This document shows, in pieces, positions 37,664-45,968 of a stretch of 64,000 nucleotides of DNA. Each line of letters starts with the position of its first letter. The first letter of the stretch is position 1. The notes under the pieces were generated by a model, which saw only the letters and a list, made by a program, of their open reading frames with translations, did not search any database and was not told where the DNA came from. The position numbers and the translations under genes were made by a program. Where the stretch lies: positions 23,323 through 87,322 of the forward strand of contig CAKUXO010000002.1 in NCBI GenBank assembly GCA_934700385.1, read 5' to 3'. This DNA is from an uncultured Candidatus Melainabacteria bacterium (GTDB taxonomy: Bacteria; Cyanobacteriota; Vampirovibrionia; Gastranaerophilales; Gastranaerophilaceae).

Positions 37664-38785
37664 ATGAAAGTCAATTTTAATAATAATTTTTATTCCAATA
37701 GTATCAAAAAGAATTCTATAAATAATTTTAAACAAAACTTTAACGGTACAATTAAAAACAATGATGGTGATGTATTTATTCGTTCACGTGTAACAACTCG
37801 TGTTACTCCTGAATTGAAATCTGAATTATCATCTCAAGATAAAAACTTAAATCAAAATCCTGATATAACAAGGGATGGTTTTACAGGTTTAAGAGATAAA
37901 AGATGTCTTTTAAATAGATTAGACCAAAAAATTCAAGAAGCTGCAAAAAATGGTGAAAACATTACAGTTGCGATGTTTGATATGGATAATTTTAAATCTG
38001 TTAATGAACTTTTAGGTTATGAAATAGGTGATGAATTTATCCATAAAATAGGCTCTTCTGTTCAAGATGTTGCAAGAAAAAACTCTATTGGCTCATACAG
38101 ATTTGGCGGCGAAGAATTTGTTATTGTATTTTCAAATAAATCTAAAGAAGAAATAGAAGAAGTTTGTACTGAAGTTCAAAAAAGAATTGAAATGAATGAA
38201 TTTATGACAAAATATTCTCAAAGATATGTTGATAAAGCGAAAAGTGTTTTAAATTATTGTCAAGATGCAAACACATATCTTAATGAAATTAAATCTTTAA
38301 AAGAACAACGTGTAGTTTTAAATTCAATGATATCGCAAGATTCTAGTTTAATGGAAAACAAAGTTTTTGCAGATACTGTGCAACATATTGAACAGAATTT
38401 AACTCGTTACTCTGCTTCAATGTTGAATTATGCACTTAAAACAGAAGAAAATCCATCTATTATCGAAAAACTCCAAACCGCAATAGATAAAATCTTTAGT
38501 GGCAACCCTGCTGATGAAGACTCTGTTTTATATGATGACTTTTTAAATAATTATTTAAATGTTCGTTTTGATAAAACGGCGCAAATTGCTCAAACAAAAT
38601 TATGGTTAAGCGACCATTTAAAGCATGGTGGTTTTACCATAACCTGTGGTGTTGTTGATGTTCCTGCTGAACTTGTCGGAGAATGTAGCGCTGCTAGTTT
38701 AGTAGATGAAGCTGGCGAAATTCTTAAAGAGGGTAAACACATTCAAAAAGGCGATATTTACTTCGATACAAAAAAATCTGTTTAA
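37664..38785 (+). CDS. GGDEF-domain diguanylate cyclase with an Asn-rich N-terminal leader and a ~140-aa insertion inside the GGDEF fold
   Basis: RDGFTGLRDKR...VAMFDMDNFKSVNELLGYEIGDEF...YRFGGEEFVIVF (GGEEF at nt 38105-38119). The last GGDEF strands and helix (GGFTITCGVV...LVDEAGEILKEGKHIQKGDIY) resume only at aa ~321. Confidence 0.85.
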   Translation: MKVNFNNNFYSNSIKKNSINNFKQNFNGTIKNNDGDVFIRSRVTTRVTPELKSELSSQDKNLNQNPDITRDGFTGLRDKRCLLNRLDQKIQEAAKNGENITVAMFDMDNFKSVNELLGYEIGDEFIHKIGSSVQDVARKNSIGSYRFGGEEFVIVFSNKSKEEIEEVCTEVQKRIEMNEFMTKYSQRYVDKAKSVLNYCQDANTYLNEIKSLKEQRVVLNSMISQDSSLMENKVFADTVQHIEQNLTRYSASMLNYALKTEENPSIIEKLQTAIDKIFSGNPADEDSVLYDDFLNNYLNVRFDKTAQIAQTKLWLSDHLKHGGFTITCGVVDVPAELVGECSAASLVDEAGEILKEGKHIQKGDIYFDTKKSV

Positions 38786-38849
38786 TTTTTACTTTTGTTG
38801 TAAAATAATAATTAGTCCAAGATTTAGGAATAATTAAAAGGAAAGAAAA

Positions 38850-39941
38850 ATGTTAAAAGTAGGTATTGTGGGACTTCCCAATGTTGGTAAATCAACACTT
38901 TTTAATGCGTTAACGAATGCTAAAAATGCGCAAAGTGCAAATTATCCATTTTGTACGATTGAACCAAATGTTGGTGTTGTAAATGTACCAGATGAGCGTT
39001 TATATACTTTGCAAAAATTAGTAAATACTCAAACAGTAATACCTACCGCAATTGAATTTGTTGATATTGCAGGTCTTGTTAAGGGTGCATCTAAAGGTGA
39101 AGGTTTAGGAAATCAATTTTTACATAACATCCGTGAAGTAGATGCTATTGTTCAAGTTGTAAGATGTTTTGATGATGTTAATACAATCCACGTTTCAGGC
39201 AAGGTTGATCCTGTAGATGACATTGAAACAATCAATATGGAATTAGCTCTTGCCGATATGGCAACATTAGAAAATATTTCAAAAAGAATTGCAAAACAAG
39301 TTAAATCGGGCGATAAAGAGGCAAAAATTCAAGATAGCGTTATTCAAAAATGTATGCCTTATCTTGAAAAAGGTCATTTTATTGATTCATCTGACTTTAA
39401 TGAAGATGAGAAAAAAGCCCTTCATTTTTGCCACTTATTAATGTCAAAACCTGTAATTTATTGTTGTAATGTTTCTGAAACAGACTTGTTAAACGGAAAT
39501 AAATATACTCAACAGGTTAAAGATTATGTTGGTTCTAATGCTCAAGTTGTTTTAATCTGCGCTAATCTTGAAGAAGAACTCGTTGACCTTGGTGAAGCCG
39601 AAGCAAAAAATTATTTAAAAGAACTTGGAATTGAAAATTCAGGTATTGAAAGAATGATTAAATCTGCTTATGATATCTTGAATTTAAGAACATATATCAC
39701 AGCAGGCGAAAAAGAAGTTCGTGCTTGGACAATTACAAAAGGAATGAAAGCCCCTCAAGCAGCAGGCGTTATCCACACAGACTTTGAAAAAGGTTTCATT
39801 AAAGCAGAAGTTGTTGGTTATGATGACTTTATTTCATCAGGTTCTTGGGCACAGGCTCGTGAAAAAGGCTTAGCTCGCCTAGAAGGCAAAGATTACATCG
39901 TTCAAGACGGCGACATTATGCTTTTCAGGTTTAATAATTAG
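38850..39941 (+). CDS. ychF: Ribosome-binding ATPase YchF
   Basis: GIVGLPNVGKSTLFNALT...ANYPFCTIEPNVG...FVDIAGLVKGAS...GVIHTDFEKGFI. Confidence 0.95.
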   Translation: MLKVGIVGLPNVGKSTLFNALTNAKNAQSANYPFCTIEPNVGVVNVPDERLYTLQKLVNTQTVIPTAIEFVDIAGLVKGASKGEGLGNQFLHNIREVDAIVQVVRCFDDVNTIHVSGKVDPVDDIETINMELALADMATLENISKRIAKQVKSGDKEAKIQDSVIQKCMPYLEKGHFIDSSDFNEDEKKALHFCHLLMSKPVIYCCNVSETDLLNGNKYTQQVKDYVGSNAQVVLICANLEEELVDLGEAEAKNYLKELGIENSGIERMIKSAYDILNLRTYITAGEKEVRAWTITKGMKAPQAAGVIHTDFEKGFIKAEVVGYDDFISSGSWAQAREKGLARLEGKDYIVQDGDIMLFRFNN

Positions 39942-40344
39942 TTTTTTTGTTGAAAACTATAATTTTAAAAACAAAAAATGTAAATATTCCTGCTATTGCA
40001 GGCGCAAGAATTTGAGCTAAATACGGACTTAGTTTAATTTGTTTAACAAAAAATTCAAGTAAAATTGCATTAATTAAATATGCAATTACCCAACTTGTGC
40101 AACATTTTAAATATTGTTTAATTATATTTCCTTTTGTTCTAAAAACATAATGTTTATGTAGAAAAAATGATGTAAAAGACGAAAAAACCCAGCTTAAAAT
40201 TAATGAAAGTTGAAAATTTTTCTGTCCTAATAGAAATAAAAAAAATATATAGAACAAATACGCTAAAAATGCATTAATTATTCCTATAATGCAAAAGCGT
40301 ATTTTATCTGATATTTTAAGCCAATTTTTTTTAGTTTTATACAT
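39931..40344 (-). CDS. GtrA-family membrane protein
   Basis: 137 aa, 4 TM, with ...FCIIGIINAFLAYLFY... and ...KHYVFRTKG, the GtrA-like pattern. Last gene of the minus-strand three-gene cluster. Confidence 0.7.
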   Translation of the reverse strand: MYKTKKNWLKISDKIRFCIIGIINAFLAYLFYIFFLFLLGQKNFQLSLILSWVFSSFTSFFLHKHYVFRTKGNIIKQYLKCCTSWVIAYLINAILLEFFVKQIKLSPYLAQILAPAIAGIFTFFVFKIIVFNKKTNY

Positions 40345-40348
40345 AAGA

Positions 40349-41212
40349 TTAAAATTTTATTGTAACTATAGTTGTAATTAAATAAAAAATAAAAAGATAT
40401 TTAAGAGTTGTGTCATTCTCGATATAAATTATCGGGTCATCCTTTATCTTTGAAGTATTAATTAAAAATAGCAACCTAAAAATAATGAGGGTGAATGGAA
40501 TTGAGGTTAAATAAAGATAAGTTGCCGCCTTTCCAAATGATGTTATATTGACAATGTATGCAATATAAAACGAAATTGATAAAATCGCATTGATTAATAT
40601 AAATTGATTAAAAATTTCAAGATTGAAGTTTTTAATTGATTTTCTGCAATTTTCATTGTTTTCTAAAAGTTGAAATTCAAGTTTTCTTTTAGTATATGTA
40701 AAAAACATAGATAAGAAAAAAGTTAATAAAACAACAAGTGGAGATGGAATTACTTTAATAGCAAAACATCCGGCAATTATTCTAAAAATAAACCCAAAAG
40801 CAATACAAGAAGCGTCGATTAGGGGAATGTTTTTTAAAAATAATGAATAAAAAACATTCAAAATAAAATATGAAATAATCATTAAAAAGCATAGTATGTT
40901 TAATTTAAAAGCTAAAAAAGATGAAATAATTAATAATAAAATAAGAATAAGTGTTGCAAAATTTTTAGGAAAAACACCGCTTGCAATTGGTCTATTTTTC
41001 TTAATGGGATGTAATTTATCTTTTTCAATGTCAATTAAATCGTTTAAAATATAAACACAAGATGAGATTAAACAAAATGCAATAAAAATTATAAAACATT
41101 TTATACATAAATCTAATTTGTCGTAATTCATTGAAAAAATTAAAGGAAAAACAACAATTAAATTTTTTATATAATGATTTATTTTTAATGTTTTTATAAT
41201 ATTTTTCAACAT
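40349..41212 (-). CDS. UbiA-family polyprenyl-phosphate phosphoribosyltransferase (DPPR synthase, Rv3806c-like)
   Basis: LKINHYIKNLIVVFPLIFS (compare RP.QW.KNLLVF.PL.F) and the Asp-rich motif YILNDLIDIEKDKLHPIKKNRPIASG. The ATG abuts the stop codon of the upstream gene. Confidence 0.75.
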   Translation of the reverse strand: MLKNIIKTLKINHYIKNLIVVFPLIFSMNYDKLDLCIKCFIIFIAFCLISSCVYILNDLIDIEKDKLHPIKKNRPIASGVFPKNFATLILILLLIISSFLAFKLNILCFLMIISYFILNVFYSLFLKNIPLIDASCIAFGFIFRIIAGCFAIKVIPSPLVVLLTFFLSMFFTYTKRKLEFQLLENNENCRKSIKNFNLEIFNQFILINAILSISFYIAYIVNITSFGKAATYLYLTSIPFTLIIFRLLFLINTSKIKDDPIIYIENDTTLKYLFIFYLITTIVTIKF

Positions 41213-42667
41213 TTACACTCTCCCATGGAAAAGTGCAACAAATATACAGACAATAACTATAAAAAATAGGTATAAGCTGCTGTAAAGCGTTATTTTGTTT
41301 TCAATTGATAAAGTTAAAATTTCATTTTTAATTAATTTTTTATAAATTATAGTAAATAAATATAAAACAAAACCGCAAATCAAGCCGTATAATAGCCAAA
41401 TAAAAAATGAATAATGCTTTTGTGAATCAATTGCAATAAAATCATTTATAAAATGAAGTGCTGAAAAATTCATTATTGTTTGGTATAAAATAAAAATCGA
41501 AAGCAGACTTATCGATATTTTATCTTTTAAAAAAGAATAAAATAATGCGAGCAAAATTATTAAATAATTAAGAAAATTTTGCGTATATAAAAAACATTCA
41601 CCTGTTCCATAAAAATAATTTTCAATTAAACTTATTAATATAATTAAGCCAAGAGCTGAAATTAGCCTATTGTTTGCTTTTTTAAAGTTTTTAAAGTAGC
41701 TGATAATTCCAAATAAAATTAAACCTAAGGCACTAAAATATATGGTTGTTTTTTTGTTATCATCAAAAAATAGTATTCCATTTTTAACATTTAAATCTTT
41801 ATGTATTGAAAATTTGACAGGATAAAAACTTGAAACAATCCCTCTTTGAATTAAGAATTTTATTTTCCTTTTTGGAGTAATATTTTTACTTAAATAATTA
41901 ACCTCTTCTTTGGCTGAACCTTCAAAAGGAAGCGGTATATGCACATAAGCAAGTTTTTGAATAAGAGTTAAACTAAAAAATATTGTTAAAAATAAGACAA
42001 CTGTTCTTAAAAAGTTTAAAAAAATCTCTTTTTTGTTTTTAGATAATTCAACGATTATCCAAAAGATTATAATTAAATTTGAAATAATTGATACAGGAAT
42101 AATTCCAAAACCTAAAACGCTTAAAAGTGCCAATATAAAACAATCTTTGAGTTTAATCTTATTTTTGTTTTTAAAAAGAATGCTTGCATATAGAAGATTT
42201 AAAACATTGAAAAATGTTGTAAAAATATAGGTTTCAGGTGTGGCGACATAAATTAATGTTGAAAAACTTATTCCAAAAATAATTGAAAAAATTATAGATA
42301 ATTGTTTTTTATTTGTGAAATTTAAAATTGTTGAATATATAAAACTAACAATTGCACTTCCAAAAAGTGAACTCAAAACAAGAAAACTTGCTCTTTGGGA
42401 ATGTAAAAACCCATTAATAATTTGAATTAAAGGTTGCATTTCAATTAATTGAAGCGGATGAACTCTTAGTCTGTAATGGCAGACATTGATATATAAAAAA
42501 TCTTCATAAACCCTTGGACAATCAGAACCGAAAAAAATTCCATAGTCTTTAAAAACAGCGTCGTTTAAAAAGCTTAGACTAAAGGAAATTCCAAAATATA
42601 AAACAAAAAAGCAAATAAAAATAATGAAACTTTTGCTTATGGTTAAATTTTTAGTTATTGATTTCAT
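41213..42667 (-). CDS. Polytopic membrane protein, putative GT-C-type glycosyltransferase
   Basis: At least 10 predicted TM segments and no soluble domain. Assignment rests on context (directly upstream of UbiA and GtrA genes). Start at ATG 42667 (AGGA RBS); an alternative TTG lies at 42694. Confidence 0.45.
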   Translation of the reverse strand: MKSITKNLTISKSFIIFICFFVLYFGISFSLSFLNDAVFKDYGIFFGSDCPRVYEDFLYINVCHYRLRVHPLQLIEMQPLIQIINGFLHSQRASFLVLSSLFGSAIVSFIYSTILNFTNKKQLSIIFSIIFGISFSTLIYVATPETYIFTTFFNVLNLLYASILFKNKNKIKLKDCFILALLSVLGFGIIPVSIISNLIIIFWIIVELSKNKKEIFLNFLRTVVLFLTIFFSLTLIQKLAYVHIPLPFEGSAKEEVNYLSKNITPKRKIKFLIQRGIVSSFYPVKFSIHKDLNVKNGILFFDDNKKTTIYFSALGLILFGIISYFKNFKKANNRLISALGLIILISLIENYFYGTGECFLYTQNFLNYLIILLALFYSFLKDKISISLLSIFILYQTIMNFSALHFINDFIAIDSQKHYSFFIWLLYGLICGFVLYLFTIIYKKLIKNEILTLSIENKITLYSSLYLFFIVIVCIFVALFHGRV

Positions 42668-42741
42668 AAATATCCTAAAGATTGTCGAAAGCAAGACTAT
42701 ATTAACATAAACTATCCTATTGAATGCGAGATTTAATAAAA

Positions 42742-42763
42742 AGTAACATTAATCATTGTTACT
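42742..42763. promoter_or_regulatory. Inverted repeat AGTAACA-N8-TGTTACT upstream of an XRE regulator gene (candidate operator)
   Basis: Perfect 7-bp arms at 42742-48 and 42757-63, about 40 nt upstream of the ATG at 42802. Confidence 0.3.
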
Positions 42764-42801
42764 CTTGTTTGAAACTTAGTTTAAAATAATTATGGTGAAT
42801 A

Positions 42802-43164
42802 ATGCTTAAGAATGATTTTGGTAAAAAAATAAAAGAATTAAGAAAAGAAAGAAAGTTAACCCAAGCAAAACTTGCAGAGCTTGCCGGTGTTAATGAAAAG
42901 CATATTTCAAAAATTGAAACAGGTGTTTATTTTCCTACATTCTCAACTTTAAATAAAATTTTAAAGGTGTTGAAAGTAAACATTGAAGCGTTTGAACTTG
43001 GTATTAAAAATCCTATTGCTTCTGATAATATCTATTATTTAAAATCCCTTCAAATCTTAAATAGCGCAAAAACTGAAAAAGAGATAGAATATTATTATGG
43101 CTTTTTAAATTACGCTCAACAAGGTATTAAAATTTTAAATGGCTCATCTTCTAATAGTGTCTAA
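42802..43164 (+). CDS. XRE-family helix-turn-helix transcriptional regulator
   Basis: FGKKIKELRKERKLTQAKLAELAGVNEKHISKIETGVYFPTFSTLNKILKVL. Paralogue of the gene at 49824-50162. Confidence 0.8.
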   Translation: MLKNDFGKKIKELRKERKLTQAKLAELAGVNEKHISKIETGVYFPTFSTLNKILKVLKVNIEAFELGIKNPIASDNIYYLKSLQILNSAKTEKEIEYYYGFLNYAQQGIKILNGSSSNSV

Positions 43165-43265
43165 AATACATTATTTCAAACTGTTGCGAAGTTTTTTAAA
43201 AAATGATGATTGATATTTTAATTCGGGCATTATAATATTAGATAAGGTAAAAGGATGACTGAAAA

Positions 43266-44861
43266 ATGAGCGAAGTGCAATTTCAAAATGATATCGGAAA
43301 ATTGATAGAAATTTTGCCTTTAAGGATTAAAAGAAATATTCAAGAGGGCTTGCTTGATGACGCTATTGAAATAGTTTTAGATATAGGCAGAATTCCTGAA
43401 ATTCGACTTGGTAACGGAAAAATTATTTCAATTGGAAATGACAACATAACAAGGCAAGATTTGGATTATATTTGTGAACAACTTCCTGAATTTACTTCTG
43501 ATAACCGCTCTGGTATAGCTGGCACTTTGCATAGAATAAGCGCAATTAGAAACCGCCAAGGTAAAATCGTTGGTTTAACTTGTAGAATCGGACGTGTTAT
43601 AACAGGTACAATTGAATGTATTAAAGATTTTGTTGTCCAAAATAAATCAATTCTTTTCTTAGGGCGCCCTGGAGTAGGTAAAACAACAAAACTTCGTGAA
43701 ATAACCCGCTTAATGGCAGATGAACTTGGTAAAAGGGTTGTCGTTGTTGATACTTCTAATGAAATCGCAGGGGATGGCGACGTTGCTCATCCGGCTATCG
43801 GTAAAGCTAGAAGAATGCAAGTGGCTCAGCCTGAATTTCAAAAAGATATTATGATTGAAGCTGTTGAAAATCATACTCCTGAAGTTATTGTGGTTGATGA
43901 AATCGGAACAGAACTTGAAGCGCAAGCCGCTAGAACAATTGCAGAGCGTGGTGTTATGTTAATAGCAACAGCACATGGTAACACTCTTGATAACTTAATT
44001 AAAAACCCGACTTTGTCTGATTTAATTGGCGGTGTGGATACTGTTACTTTAGGTGATGATGAAGCAAAGCACAGAGGTTGCCAAAAAACGGTTTTAGAAA
44101 GACAAAAACAACCCACTTTTGATATTGTTATTGAAATTATAGATAGAAACACCCTTGCTATTTATAAAGATAGCGCCCAAGCGGTTGATTATATTTTGCG
44201 TGGATGGCCGATTACTCCTGAAATCAGAAAAGTTGATGGGAATTATAAAGAAAAAAAACAAGATGTTAATATTTTAAAAAAAGTTGAAGAACTTGATAAA
44301 AAAATAAATCAGCCGACTCAATCTTCCTTAAGTTTTAATTTTAACAGACAAAAATATATTCAAGAAAATAAAAAACATAAAAAGATTTATATTTATGCAG
44401 TTTCTCGCTCGATTGTAGATAAAATTATTGAAAGGCTTGATATAGATGCTTCAATTGTAAGAAGTGTCGAAGAAGCAGATTTTGTTATTGCTCATAAAAA
44501 TTTTGCAAAAGGCGGAACAAAAATCCTTGCAACTGCTAATGAATACAGGCTTCCTGTCTTTTTTGTAAGGACAAATTCAATGAGCCAAATTCAAAGGGTT
44601 TTAAAAGAAGCTCTTAATTTAACCCAAGAAAATCAAGAAGTTGAACACATTACAGACTATAAAGATTCAACAGAATTAGCGCTTGATGAAACAAATGCTG
44701 CTATTGCAAAATTGTCTGAAGGTGCTGAAGTTGTTGAACTTGAGCCACAAGATAAACAAATTAGAAAACTTCAACACGAACTTGTTGAAGCCCATGGTTT
44801 TAAATCAACAAGCGTTGGAGAGGGCAAAGACCGCCATTTAAAAATATTTAAAGATGAATAA
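43266..44861 (+). CDS. R3H-domain AAA ATPase (Ycf45 / SpoIIIAA-like)
   Basis: Walker A GRPGVGKTTKLRE, Walker B VIVVDEIGT, TAHGN. C-terminal R3H: IRKLQHELVEAHGFKSTSVGEGKDRHLKI. Confidence 0.8.
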   Translation: MSEVQFQNDIGKLIEILPLRIKRNIQEGLLDDAIEIVLDIGRIPEIRLGNGKIISIGNDNITRQDLDYICEQLPEFTSDNRSGIAGTLHRISAIRNRQGKIVGLTCRIGRVITGTIECIKDFVVQNKSILFLGRPGVGKTTKLREITRLMADELGKRVVVVDTSNEIAGDGDVAHPAIGKARRMQVAQPEFQKDIMIEAVENHTPEVIVVDEIGTELEAQAARTIAERGVMLIATAHGNTLDNLIKNPTLSDLIGGVDTVTLGDDEAKHRGCQKTVLERQKQPTFDIVIEIIDRNTLAIYKDSAQAVDYILRGWPITPEIRKVDGNYKEKKQDVNILKKVEELDKKINQPTQSSLSFNFNRQKYIQENKKHKKIYIYAVSRSIVDKIIERLDIDASIVRSVEEADFVIAHKNFAKGGTKILATANEYRLPVFFVRTNSMSQIQRVLKEALNLTQENQEVEHITDYKDSTELALDETNAAIAKLSEGAEVVELEPQDKQIRKLQHELVEAHGFKSTSVGEGKDRHLKIFKDE

Positions 44862-45540
44862 ACTTTTAAAAAATCAAACTAAAACAGAAGAAATTGATAA
44901 CTTTAAAATAAAATATAAAAAACTTCTTATCTCAAAAAACATTAAAATCACCCTTAAAAATCAAAACGAACTTTTGGTTACAATGCCGATTTTATGTCCT
45001 TTTAAAACTGCAAAAGAATTTTTATTGAAAAATTTTGATAAAATTAAAAGTTTTAAAATAACTAAAAAAAATTATGATAAAAATTTTAAAACAAAGTTTG
45101 ATTCCCTAAAAATCCTTGAGGGGGATAGTTTTAACACTACTTTAAAAAAGAATATTGTTTATTTTACATATCCTAAACAGCTTGATTTTTCTTCTGAACT
45201 TGTGCAGAAAAATTTTGAAGAAGCATATTTAAAAGCCTTAAAACAAGAAGCTAAGAACTATCTTCCTCAAAGATTAAAATTTTTAGCTGAAAAATTTAAC
45301 TTTTCTTTTGGAAAAATCAGCTTAAGAAATCAAAAAACTCGCTTTGGAAGCTGTTCTTTTAAAAATGATATCAGTTTAAATATTAATTTGATGAAATATG
45401 ATTTTGATATAATTGATTATGTTTTAATCCACGAACTTTGCCACACGAGAGTTAAAAATCATTCTAAAAAGTTTTGGGATGAAGTCGAAAAATATTGTCC
45501 TAATTACAAAGAATTGCGCCATAGGCTGAAAAATTCTTAA
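44854..45540 (+). CDS. M48-like zinc metallopeptidase of the YgjP/DUF45 family
   Basis: IIDYVLIHELCHTRVKNHSKKFWDEV (HExxH plus the downstream H..FW). 8-nt overlap with the preceding gene. Confidence 0.8.
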   Translation: MNKLLKNQTKTEEIDNFKIKYKKLLISKNIKITLKNQNELLVTMPILCPFKTAKEFLLKNFDKIKSFKITKKNYDKNFKTKFDSLKILEGDSFNTTLKKNIVYFTYPKQLDFSSELVQKNFEEAYLKALKQEAKNYLPQRLKFLAEKFNFSFGKISLRNQKTRFGSCSFKNDISLNINLMKYDFDIIDYVLIHELCHTRVKNHSKKFWDEVEKYCPNYKELRHRLKNS

Positions 45541-45641
45541 ATATTAAGAAATGTATATTTTTGATAAATAATTTTTAAAAATGAACAACTTTTGCCTTTT
45601 TTCGTTTTAGTATGTATATTAAATGATATATGGAGGTAAAT

Positions 45642-45905
45642 ATGAAAAAAATTTCGATTTTATCATTAATTGCATTAATGGCTTTTACAAGTTTTGCAAG
45701 TGCTAGAACTATTTACGATTCAACTGGTAGAAACATTGTTAAAGATGACACTTTACGTGGTCAAAAAAGAGCAATTGAACAACAAAGAGAAACTCAAAGA
45801 AAAATGCAAGCTGCTGCAGCTGCTAAAATTGATTATGAAAAAGCTCTTAAATCTCTTGAACAAGAAAAACCAAAAACAAATTTCTATCAAGATAGAATTA
45901 AATAA
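45642..45905 (+). CDS. Small secreted protein (Sec signal peptide)
   Basis: MKKISILSLIALMAFTSFASA|RTIYD..., then a charged helical segment. GGAGG RBS 6 nt upstream of ATG 45642. Confidence 0.55.
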   Translation: MKKISILSLIALMAFTSFASARTIYDSTGRNIVKDDTLRGQKRAIEQQRETQRKMQAAAAAKIDYEKALKSLEQEKPKTNFYQDRIK

Positions 45906-45920
45906 TTATAATTATTTTTT

Positions 45921-45952
45921 AAAAAAACCTTGGCGATTATGCCAAGGTTTTT
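45921..45952. terminator. Bidirectional intrinsic terminator (small secreted protein gene / pheT)
   Basis: AAAAAAACCTTGGC-GATTAT-GCCAAGGTTTTT. Confidence 0.7.
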
Positions 45953-45968
45953 GTTTTGTTTAGCTTAA

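Noticed and set aside
39769-39777. Perfect DnaA-box sequence TTATCCACA
   Set aside because: It is a single occurrence inside the ychF coding region. There is no cluster of boxes, no AT-rich unwinding element context and no dnaA/dnaN nearby, so it is not evidence of an origin.
45694-45963. 89-aa ORF overlapping the small secreted protein gene in another frame
   Set aside because: The 45642-45905 frame has a GGAGG RBS and a textbook signal peptide. The overlapping frame has neither, and it runs through the terminator hairpin.
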